Shown here piece by piece: positions 38,521 through 49,672 of a DNA stretch of 64,000 bases (positions are counted from its first letter, which is position 1; every line of letters starts with the position of its first letter). Origin of the DNA: Octopus sinensis (Eukaryota); contig NC_043016.1 in assembly GCF_006345805.1 (NCBI RefSeq), positions 2,790,001 to 2,854,000 of the forward strand, in the 5' to 3' direction. The notes under the pieces are model-generated. The model did not search any database. It was not told the DNA's origin and saw only the letters and a list, made by a program, of their open reading frames with translations. The translations under genes were made by a program, and so were the position numbers.

Positions 38521-38760
38521 GGCGCTCACACACACATATATAAGAAATAATTAAGATTCAGTGAATTAGGTTCTAAACTTGAGGCACGAAGTCACTCCGG
38601 TATTGACGGCACAGCTCGAAGTTAGGTGAATAAAAAGCATATAAATAACAAGGAACTGAGTAAGTACCTGACATACCTGTAACTTATTTGCTTTATATAT
38701 ACATACATGTATATATATATATATATGTGTGTGTGTGTATGTATATATGTATGTATATGT

Positions 38761-39091
38761 GAAGGCGCATTGCTCAGTGGTTAGAGCGTCGAGCTTACGA
38801 TCATGAGGTTGTGAGCTCGAATCCCGGACCGGGCTACGTGTTGTGTTCTTGGGCAAGACATTTTACTTCACGTTCTTCCATTTCACTCAGCTGTAGAAAT
38901 GAGTTGTGACGTCAAAGGTGCCAAGCTGTATCAACCTTTGCCTTTCCTTTGGATAACACTGGCGGCGTGTAGGGGGGTGGCCGGTATGCATGGGCGACTC
39001 CTGATCTTCCATAAACAACCTTGCCCGGACTTGTGCCAGGGAGGGTAACTTTCTAGGTGCAATCCCATGGTCTGTGACCGAACGGGGTTTC
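38761..39091 (+). mobile_element. SINE family D
   Basis: Homologous to 28643-28946. Confidence 0.9.
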
Positions 39092-39249
39092 AGAATATAT
39101 AAATATATGTGTGTTCGTGTGTGTGTGTGTGTGTGTGTGTTTGTGCGTGCACGCGCGTGTGTGTATGTACATACACACATACATACACATGCACACACAC
39201 ACACACACACATATATATATACATATACAGATATATGTAGATGAGTGTA

Positions 39250-39835
39250 TGTTTCCCTTGTTAACAATTAACACGGAAAAAATAGATGAATAGTTACCAG
39301 GGTAGCAAAAAATCACACAAGTAAAGAGGTTGTATCTCCTTGTTTTTAAAGGTAGAATCTTCTGATTTACGTGGAATTGTTTGTATAATATATAAATAAA
39401 TAAATAGAGTTGAACGCAGGTATAATTCAAATACTTTTACTTCCGACACATGTTTCGAAGATTTCTCTGATATTATTCCAAAGGAATAAATGGTGTAAAA
39501 CAATGTAATCTTCTCTTCAAGGAATTGAAGAAATACAACTCGTCAATAAGACATTTTAACAGAAAATGATGGATATGTATAGTGATTTACTGAACGCTAT
39601 TAATATTGTTTGAAAAAACGCTATATGATATAGCGTTAGAAGTAGCCTATAGAAAGAGGAGGGATATTTTTTTAGTCATTGTTAACTATAAAAAGAAAAT
39701 TAATGTTTAAATTATACATAATTATAGATATTACTTATATGAACTTTGGAATAATATCAGTAAAATCTTCGAAACATGTGTCGGAAGTAAAAGCATGTGA
39801 ATTATACCTGCGTTAAACTCCATTTGTATATATTT
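39250..39835 (-). mobile_element. PLE pLTR-like repeat (39250-39560) with an inverted partial copy (39744-39835)
   Basis: Direct diverged copy at 41355-41640; ~90 bp inverted arms 39395-39484 and 39744-39835. Confidence 0.7.
39441..39524 (-). ncRNA. Type I hammerhead-like ribozyme (U at position 3)
   Basis: TTCC-TTGAAGA-GAAGATT..AATCTTC-GAAACA-TG-TGT-C-GGAA: 4-bp stem I, 7-bp stem II, ACA/TGT stem III, GUC site at 39447-39445. Confidence 0.55.
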
Positions 39836-40240
39836 TGTATTTGTTTTTAATTGTATTGTTTTTACGTCCTGTTTTTCTCACATTTTTTTCCTTGTTTTTA
39901 TCCCTCTACAAAAGAATTTTATTTAATTCTTTCGCAGGAAGGACTAGTTCGACGAGACGTGTTCTGTCCTCACCTTCGAAACACACTGGAGTTGAACTAG
40001 GGACATCTGATGAAGGTGATTTTTCCTTGTGTAGTTGTCTTGTACTCGGTTTTTTCGTTGTAAAAAAAATGGTCCGTTCCATGCTGTTTTTTTACGTTTT
40101 CGTTTCTCGTTGAGTTCTACGTCTATTTGTGTTGTCCTGTACACACGTATATATATTTATATATGCATGTTATATACATGTAGATGTAGGTACGTACATA
40201 TATGTTTGTATGTATGCATATATTTTATTTATTACACTAC

Positions 40241-40292
<52 letters not shown>

Positions 40293-40550
40293 AAACGCGA
40301 AAGACTTTTTCTATTCCTGAGCGTTATACTAATACATCTGTTTGTTTTGTACACCACCTGTCTTCGTCTTTTGTTTCTTCGTGAACTCTCCCCATATATC
40401 ACACGCTCACGTGGTCGCACCAGTTGATCCTGTCTCCTCTCATCACCCACGAAATTCTCCACTGGACTTTCTAACTATCTACCCTTTACGGATTCTCTTT
40501 TGGACATTTACCCTCCGGCTGCACCTCTCCCACCTACGGACCACTGTGGA

Positions 40551-40589
<39 letters not shown>

Positions 40590-41266
40590 CTCTCCTTATA
40601 TATATATTTATATATATATGATAAGAAGTAAAAAAGAGGTACACAAAGATACAAAAAAGAAAAAGAAAGTTGTCAGGAAATAGAGATAGAATGACAGATA
40701 CATCATCCAAGACAATGAGAGCTATCTAGGGAGTGATAGAGAGAGGCGAAGATAGAAAGAGAAAGTGAGAGAGAGTGAGAGAGTAGGAGAGAGAGAGAGA
40801 AAGAGAGAACACAAGGCAAAGCCAAATCAGAAAGAGAAAGTGTTTACGAGGACCAATAAATTTCTTTTCTATATCAAGCTTTGGCCAGATTGACCTTTTG
40901 CAATTATCGAGGCGTAAATGTTGGAGTGGAAGGTAAAGTGGAGGCATACATTATGCTGATAGACAATGAGTGTGTGTGTGTACTCTTCTGTGTGTGTGAA
41001 TACACAGAAAAAAAAAACGATACATATTGTCATAAAACGTACACAGAAAATACATCGACATAAAACACGACCATATCTATATGAAAAACACATGCTCATA
41101 TGCAAACATATGAATGCATGCATGTATATATACACATATGAATGCATGCATGCATATATACACATAGATATGTGCATACGTTCATACAAGTATATATAAT
41201 ATAAAGATATATAGATATAATATAGACATGCATATACACACAAGTGTTTGTATGTGTGTATGTATG

Positions 41267-41321
<55 letters not shown>

Positions 41322-41354
41322 TATGTGTGTGTGTGTGTGTGGTATGTGTGTGTA

Positions 41355-41640
41355 TTTTGCCATTGTTAACAATTAACACAGAGAAAATAAAGTTTTACCA
41401 GGGTAGCAAAAAATCACACAAGTAAAGGGGTTGTTTTTCCCTGTTTTTAAAGGTAGAAACTTCGGGTTTACGTGAAATATTCTGTATAACATATATAAAT
41501 AAATAAATGGATTTAAACGCAGGTGTAATTAAAATTGTTTTACCTCCGACACATGTTTCGAAGGAATAATGGTGTAAAAAATGTAATCTTCTCTTCCGGA
41601 GTGAAGAAGGAAAGTCCGTCAATAAAACATTTTAATGTCT
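41355..41640 (-). mobile_element. Second copy of the PLE pLTR-like repeat, with a more degenerate HHR (41544-41601)
   Basis: Aligns to 39250-39560; core reads CGGAAGA. Confidence 0.7.
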
Positions 41641-41717
41641 TATTGACATTTGAATAACACCTGCGTTTAACTCCATTTTTATATATATATATAATATATA
41701 TATGTATATATATATAG

Positions 41718-41748
<31 letters not shown>

Positions 41749-41765
41749 ATATATATTATATATAT

Positions 41766-41804
<39 letters not shown>

Positions 41805-41920
41805 ATATATATACTATATATATATATATATATATAACTGATGAATGCATTAAGTGACATGTCCACCAGTATAAAACATTTACATATATATTTGCATGTA
41901 TATATTATGTGTGTGTGTGT

Positions 41921-42285
41921 GGAGGCGCAATGGCCCATTAGTTGAGGCAGCGCACTAGCGGTCGTAGGATCGCGGTTTTGATTGCCAGACCAGAATTGTG
42001 ATTATTGAGTGAAAATACCTAAGCTACACGAGGATCCGGCGGGTGGTGGTGGTGTGACCCGCTGTACTCTTTCACCATAACTTTGTCTCACTCATTCTTC
42101 TTTTTCTGCTGTAACCTTTTATTTCAAAGGTACAACTCTGTGTTACGCTGAATCTCCCAGAGAACTACGTTAAGGGTCTACATATCTGTGGATTGCTCAG
42201 CCACTTGCACGTTAATTTTACGAGCAGGCTGTTCCGTTGATCGCATCAACTGGAACTCTCATCGTCGCAACCGACGGAGAGCCAC
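41921..42285 (+). mobile_element. SINE family E, tail type 1
   Basis: tRNA-like head GGAGGCGCAATGGCCC..; head and body shared with 60022-60195. Confidence 0.8.
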
Positions 42286-42321
42286 GTTATATATATTATA
42301 TATATATATATAATATATATA

Positions 42322-42357
<36 letters not shown>

Positions 42358-42478
42358 TGTATCTATGTATCTATGTATATGTGTGTGTGTATGTATGTAT
42401 GTAAGTATGTATGTATGTATGTGTGTGTATGTATGTATGTATGTATGTATGTATGTATGTATATATATACATTCAAAA

Positions 42479-42690
42479 TGTGACCGCGTGTGCACCGTTG
42501 GCGATTTTTTTCCTCTGTCTTCCCTTCTCTGGATCCTTCCTTCTCCTATGTTTCCGACGAAGAGCTCCGCTCGAAACGTTAAACCTTCCTTCTTTCCTTC
42601 TTTCCTGAGCGTCCAATAATACTATATTTGTTCCACGTCCTCGCGTTGTTGTATTTTTTGTGCTTTCTTGTTTGGATTAACTTTATATAT
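42479..42690 (+). mobile_element. PLE pLTR-like fragment with minimal HHR-like motif at 42550-42584
   Basis: GTTT-CCGACGA-A-GAGC-tcc-GCTC-GAAAC-GT-T-AAAC. Confidence 0.6.
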
Positions 42691-42740
42691 ATATATACAC
42701 ACACCTGTATACACATATATATCCATATATTATAAATATG

Positions 42741-42771
<31 letters not shown>

Positions 42772-42995
42772 ATATAATATAGACATGCATATACACACCA
42801 GTGTGTGTATGTATGTGTATATGTTTTTGTGTGGGTGTGTATATGTGTGTGTGTGTGTGTGTGGTGTGTGTGAATTTTTTCATTGTGTATATATATATAT
42901 ATATATATATATAATATGTATATGTCTATAGCCGTGCAATTGATGATACCTTGGTATTGCTGTTCATGTTGGACTGGATTGCTATGTGTTTTCGT

Positions 42996-43143
42996 TTACA
43001 TTATTTACATTATTTACATTTTACGAATATTTGCCTTCATCTTGTGTTTTAACACAACTTTTCGGTTGATATATCTTCCAGCCTTCATCAGGTGTCTTGG
43101 GGAAATTTCGAACCTGGGTTCTCATTCTTAAGGTATTTTTCGA

Positions 43144-43198
<55 letters not shown>

Positions 43199-43276
43199 TC
43201 ATTATTATTGCCTGGATCGAACTCGAAATTGGGGCTTAGTAGCCTGCGCTCCTTAACCACTACGCCATATGCCCAC
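42996..43276 (-). mobile_element. tRNA-headed SINE-like element carrying an HHR-like motif (family F), complete
   Basis: A box TGGCGTAGTGG, B box GTTCGATCC, (AAT)n, HHR-like motif at 43096-43051, 9-nt tandem tail (AATGTAAAT)x~3. Confidence 0.75.
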
Positions 43277-43300
43277 GGGCATATTGCGTAGTGGTTAATG

Positions 43301-43351
<51 letters not shown>

Positions 43352-43378
43352 TAATAATAATAATATATAATAATATAT

Positions 43379-43425
<47 letters not shown>

Positions 43426-43650
43426 CATAATAATAATAATATAGTAATAATATGATAATAGTAATAGTAAGTAATGATAAGGATAATAATAATATCTAAA
43501 AATACCTTAGGAATGAGAACCCAGGTTCGAAATTTCCCCAAGACACCTGATGAAGGCTGGAGGGTATATCAGCCGAAACGTGTTAGCAACAAACTAGGTG
43601 AGGACAAATATCCATCAAATAATGTAACTAATGTCTACAGTTCCTCATCT
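43277..43650 (+). mobile_element. Family F inverted copy, head truncated after the A box
   Basis: GGGCATATTGCGTAGTGGTTAA, long (AAT)n, AATACCTTAGGAATGAGAACCCAGG..., HHR-like motif at 43542-43584. Confidence 0.75.
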
Positions 43651-43689
43651 CTTAAATATAGAAGTGTTTTCGTTTGTTGAGTTGTGTGT

Positions 43690-44330
43690 AATTCTGTTGG
43701 AGATGTTTGTAGGGTGTGCAGGTTTGTACTGGTTTGTTGAAACATGTGTATCCTCTGATATCTTTGTTTTTAGTCTTGTGCCGCACTTTTAATTTCGTTT
43801 CTTTTTTTAATCCTTTCACCAGGAATCATTCTGGCTGTTTCCTCAATCTATTCTTGACGCTTGATGAGTTATTACAATCGAAGTTTTATGTGATCGGAGG
43901 TAGGGGTGTGTCTTCACAATTGGACATTTCTAAGCTGGTGGTTTGGTCGATTGACGCAGGTGAGGCTTCTCTGAGTAAAGATGTTGAAGATGATAGCTCT
44001 GTTCTTTTCGGGTATGATACCTGTGCTGATGCTGAAATGTATCTCTCCTGCTGCTCCTTCTGTTGATGCTGTCATTGTTCTGGATGCTTCTACTGTTGTC
44101 GCTGATGCTGTTGTTGTTGTTGGTGTCACAGTTGTTTCTTTTGATGCTTGTGTCGTTGTTGTGCTTAAGGTGTCTGTACAGGTGATTTTCGTTTTCTTTA
44201 TGCGGGTTAAACAACCTTTAAGTAGTTCGTCTTGCTAGAAATGTAGAATTCGGCTTTCAACCCCCGTCTGCTACCAATAGCTGTGTGCAATTAGGGAAGT
44301 TGATTAGACCAAGGATGTCTTCGATACTTT
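43690..44330 (-). mobile_element. LINE ORF1-like C-terminal fragment, running into the gap
   Basis: SIEDILGLINFPNCTQLLV resembles SVEIMPDFISLPDGTKLHV (~34090-34150), followed by a Thr-rich tail as at 34250-34480. Confidence 0.45.
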
Positions 44331-44430
44331 NNNNNNNNNNNNNNNNNNNNNNNNNNNNNNNNNNNNNNNNNNNNNNNNNNNNNNNNNNNNNNNNNNNNNN
44401 NNNNNNNNNNNNNNNNNNNNNNNNNNNNNN
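44331..44430. other. Assembly gap (100 N)
   Basis: Direct inspection. Confidence 1.
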
Positions 44431-44529
44431 GAAGAAATAGCTATAACTCTTTGACTGCTATTTCTAAATTCGGTATGTGGTAAGGCAATTCGTTGCTAAC
44501 CCTTTATTGCTTGTATATATATATATATA

Positions 44530-44695
44530 TATTATATATATACATATAGACGACAAGCATCTTTCATTTCCGTCTCCCAACAACACTTACAAGTTTTTGA
44601 TTAACCCGAGGCTATAGTAGAAGACACTTGCCCAAGATGCCACGCAGTGAGACTGAACCCAGAACCATGGCTTCTTACCACACAGCCACGCCTAT
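44530..44695 (-). mobile_element. SINE B module
   Basis: Reverse complement of the B consensus. Confidence 0.8.
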
Positions 44696-45021
44696 ATATA
44701 CTCATATAATATTATTATTTTTTTAATATTATTCATATACTCGTATATAAATGTCGATCTATGTGTGTATGCGTGTCTATGTATTATGCTTACTTACTCC
44801 TCTTTATATATACGTACGTGCTTCGACAGCAATATTGTTTCTTTTCAACGTGTATTGTTAAAAACTTGGCAATACTCCAATTATCCTGAAGTCGAATGCA
44901 CTCACACACACTCCGGCAGCCATTCATAATACATGCATATGTGTGTGTGTGCTTGTGTATTTATACGTATACATATATTTATATATGTATACTCACTTTT
45001 CCATGCATATATGCTAGTCTG

Positions 45022-45067
<46 letters not shown>

Positions 45068-46287
45068 GTGTGTGTGTGTGTGTGTGTGTTGTGTTGTGTG
45101 TATATATATAGGTAGGTAGGTAAGTAGGTAAATTGGTTGGTTGATAGTTAGGTAGGCAGGTAGGTAGGTAGGTAGGTAGGTAGGTGTACATTGTCATCCG
45201 CATCTATGTCTGTCTTTGTGAGAGTACAAGCTTCTTTGGTGTTATGCATATTGCTAATGCAATGCCTTCCAGTCCGCTGACCATATAAATTCTAGCATCA
45301 TGCACAAACATGTATGCTGCCGTGTAATGTATTTATATACAATATTTCATTAACTAAGTATACTTTTAAAATCTTTCCCGTGCGGCCATTAATCTCTTAA
45401 TTATTCTACTCAGCCATGGTTACGAGAGAAAATCAATGTGCAGAATGAAACAAATTTACATATTTTACTACAATACAAAGGCACATTAATTGATATTGAA
45501 ACACTAATAACCAGTCACTCTGCGCATTTTCAGGCAGCTTTGTTGGAAATCATTTCAACCCTTTCCGTTCATAGTAAGGACAATCCTGTTATGTATGATG
45601 GCGTAACAGCAGTACTTTAGTCGGTGAATTCTGTTCGTGATTTTCTATCAATTACCTTGATTTAAGTAGCGTTCTTCCTATCGTAACACCAGTTTTATAG
45701 TCATTATATTTGAAGGTCAACAAAGAAAAGCAAAATAATAAATTCTTATCAAAGCATTATGAAATTGCAGACGTAATTTATATCGTATTAAACAAAACTA
45801 ATATTTTTTTTGAAATACATGACGGAACAGTTTTCTTTTTAGTAAACTATTTAATTCAGTGTGGTTATATTGAACGAAAGAATAAAATAAAATACCGGAA
45901 AACATAAGGTCACTTTACATTTAGTGATCAGATCTCACACTGATTGGCTTTGCTCTTCATCACTCTTCCGTTAATAAAATATCAGTCATATATCTGTTTA
46001 ATGGAATGTATTAACATGATGCCCACCACTAAAAATGTATGGCATTGTTGTAATGCGAAAAACCGTCATTTCGTTCATCTGATGAATGGTAGAAATTAAA
46101 TAGCAGATCAAGCTAAAGAGTCACATCTTGTGGGTCTATGAAAAGCAATCCGAAACGGATTATGAACAGTTAAAACAATGAAGTTGGTGAATAGTTATTA
46201 ACGACAGAAGCAATATTAATACGGAAAGGCAAGCTTTATCTCAGCCGTAACGTGGCTGTTGTATTAGGACACAAAATACTACGTTAC

Positions 46288-46374
46288 CTCGTGATGACCT
46301 CTCCTATACACTTGTGGCATATAAAAGCACTTGTATTTATATCGTTGACAGACGAGAACTGTTTGCTGCGGCTG
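46288..46374 (-). CDS. Putative exon E3
   Basis: Acceptor catgatctggcattttcag; donor GAG|gtaacg; 87 nt; phase 2 (S)SRSKQFSSVNDINTSAFICHKCIGEVIT. Phase 0 is also open. Confidence 0.6.
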
Positions 46375-47570
46375 CTGAAAATGCCAGATCATGTGATTTT
46401 GCCTTGTTTTGGGCTTCTCAGTGACAGGCATCCAGAATTAACATATCAGCAGAATCAAAAAAATATAGAAAGTGTAGGGAACTTTTAAAAATCTTCCGTA
46501 AACAAGAGCGTAATAGCCAAGAGTAGGACATATACATGTACGTGCTTGGAAGTCAACGTAAATGCGGTGACACCTGACGGACGGGCTCAGGTCACTAGAT
46601 CTAGATATGGTAACCATCAATGAGACTAGAATTTCTCTGACTAACTCTCACGATCAGCTTCTGGCATTAACGTGTAGTAAATTTATTTTCTTTAGAAAGT
46701 CATGGTCTTAGTCGTAGGTACCACTCGCCTAGACAGTAACCAGGGGGTTAATTTGTACAGACGAGTGGCCTTTTATGACCCGACAGTCCCTAGAAGGCCG
46801 GATTTCTCCAGATGCCCAAACTTCTTTTGAAACATCAAGCTCGTGTTAACGTGCGATTAGATTTGTATCTTAAACGTACGCAGAGTTCGGAGCCAGAAAT
46901 GTATGATAAACTTGCTTTAGAGTTTCCAGTTATCTGGCAAATATGACTTGGAAATTACAACCACACCGGAGCAGATCCGAACATACCGCAACATATCTTA
47001 CAGAGTAAACATTTCTTTGCATTAGATAGGTATTCAGATAGAAACAGTGTAACGTGCTCACATTCTCGTGCACTTGACTACATAAACCACAAATTTAAGA
47101 TTTGTATACTCAGCTTCATAAGACTAAAAACAAGATACTGGTTCTAAATACCACTTTCTCAGCACGCAAAGCATTCTACGATGTGGTAAGTAAAAACTGA
47201 TCGCTTTATTTATTAACAACATTTTTTATGCTTACTCAAAAAGTGAATTAGTGCAAAACTTGGCTACTGCTTTATAAGACGGGCCGTGAAAGGTGTTGCT
47301 ATTTTGAGCACTCTCTCTACCCAAAATCGAAGGATGCGAATTTCGCGTATGACTATGGGTGTTGTGCGCACCCCTATGTCCTTAATAAGCTACAGCTCGT
47401 GCATTCTATCCAATTCCAAGCAGATGTATGCAAATTTTCAGGACATTTTACCGAACTATTCTTATGGAGTAAAATATATGAGGTGGACATCGATACCTTC
47501 ATAAATGATCTGTACTTAGTTACCTAATGAATGTGTTTCGTATTGTCTACTTTGAGTGGTAGCCACGTAC

Positions 47571-47713
47571 CTTCTTAACTTTGAAGATGTTAGACCCGCT
47601 ATAACTGGGTCACAAATGAGATGGACCGAAGTGATATCTCCATCCGGCACATTAGATATTGCAGTAGTTGACGACTTTCTGGACGGATATTCCTCTGGAA
47701 GCACGTGCATCAA
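47571..47713 (-). CDS. Putative exon E2
   Basis: Acceptor ctgatgagattttcag; donor AAG|gtacgt; 143 nt; only phase 0 open throughout: LMHVLPEEYPSRKSSTTAISNVPDGDITSVHLICDPVIAGLTSSKLR. Confidence 0.58.
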
Positions 47714-48255
47714 CTGAAAATCTCATCAGACTTGCATCTCCGCATCCGAAGGTGCAAGTCCACGTGGGATTAAGGTATCTGTTGTAGTAACAATTTTAGT
47801 TGTTTGAGGATCTGGTGAGAATCAAAGTTACAGGTGCATAAAAGTTTACGAATAAAGTTTCTAGCCTCATTCAGAAATCATCTCGGAAGAATCTATCCAG
47901 GAAAAGCTGACAATTTAGGCACAAGTAGCCAATATTTACATCGGAGATGTGTTACCGTCTGACCATCATGCCTTTTCATACAGGTAATAACATTTACCAT
48001 TTAGTAAATATTTGGTATCAATAATTTTCAATCTCATTTTTTAGAACTAATTACTGGTATTTAGTTCTAATTACCAGCAATTAGTTTTCTGATCTCACTC
48101 CATGTCCTTAATTGACAGGCCAATGATAGAATACCATAGTACATGAACATATGCAAATATATACGTATAGATATAGATAGATAGATACGTGTGTGTGTGT
48201 ATTTGTGTGTCTATGTGTTTATATATAATCATTTATATATATACGTTTGAATATA

Positions 48256-48294
<39 letters not shown>

Positions 48295-48470
48295 ATATGT
48301 ATATATACGTATGTGTATATATTAATATATATATATATACTTATGGATATATATATATGTGTATATGTGTGTTTGTGGTGTGTGTATGTATATATTATAT
48401 GCATACATACATACAAAGAGAGAGAGAGAAAGATGTATGTATATCTTTGTATATGTGCGGGAATATACAT

Positions 48471-48508
<38 letters not shown>

Positions 48509-49632
48509 GCATATGATTTGTTATTTGCGTGTGTCTGTATTTATAAACAAATATCAAAGCACAACATGAAGCAACTTAAGGACACGATTCACGGTTTTTG
48601 TAATTAAATGACTAGTATAACTGACTGAAATACAGAAATATCTGCAATAACAGTCTCCTGCGTTTCTTACAGAAGCCAAGTATTATGAATGACATCACGG
48701 GATACAGATGTACTTTAAAATTATATTTAATAGCTCGTTAGCATCAGCTGTCCACCGCGAATACAATGAAACTAATGTTAATTTATAGCATGTAAAGAAG
48801 TCAATATAGTGATCGTCTTATTTCTTTGATATTTCATAGATATTTTCACAACTACTATTACAAAAATATTATTAAGACATATATAATAATGATCAAACGC
48901 TATTGATCTTTACTTTTAATAACATATATAGAGGTATATTTTGGTGAACTAAACTTCCATATCGAAAAAGGCTAGGAACGTACTATGAGACAGAAAGAAA
49001 AAAGACAAACTAAAATGTCAGCCGCCTAATCCTACTCTAGGATTATTTATTTGTAAATATTTCGCATATGAGACAGAAAGAAATAGGCTAATACTCAATC
49101 ATTGTATTTTGTACCAAGCTTAAATAAAGTGTCCAAGACAAATCATCTACTTAGCAGGATATTGTTTCTACAGTCCTTCCCACTTTCACACAAAGCGATT
49201 TGGAAATAAAGCTTAGTAACATGCAAAGCATGTATTTTAACTGCAGATGTCGCCACATCGACTAGACTACTCTATTAATAGGAAAGCAAATATTGTTTAT
49301 TTAGTACCGTTCCAAGATATATCAAACGTCACTATTCCTCACAGAAAAAGATAACCAATCTCACAGAAAACAAATTTGCAGCTATATGACATACTCTTCG
49401 AGTTGAATTTGATATTGGTATATTTAAATTAGAAATGAAGAACGGCATTAAAATTTGAAGCATTCTTCCATAAGATTATTAATTATAAGCAAAGATAAAA
49501 GCCGAGTAAATAGGATTTTGTCTTCTGTTATATAGTTAGTAATTTCAAAATTATTACTAAGCCGATGTACTTCAAAACAGGGAACTATATTCTAAGCGGT
49601 ATATCTCAACTATCCTATGAGAATATACGTAC

Positions 49633-49672
49633 CAGATATTCTGCGAATGTTAAATGATGTGTTGGTGTTATG
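49633..49672 (-). CDS. Putative exon E1 (5' boundary uncertain)
   Basis: Donor CTG|gtacgt; acceptor aaacattctcag is weak and the frame stays open further upstream; ITPTHHLTFAEYL ends in phase 0. Confidence 0.5.

Noticed and set aside
39970-40020. Possible type II hammerhead (CACCTTC-GAAAC...CTGATGA-AGGTG)
   Set aside because: No convincing stem I or stem III, and the pairing consumes core G8/A9.
28643-43276. tRNA gene calls for A/B-box sequences (28643, 38761, 41921, 43210-43276)
   Set aside because: No full cloverleaf or T-run terminator; each continues into a repeated SINE body.
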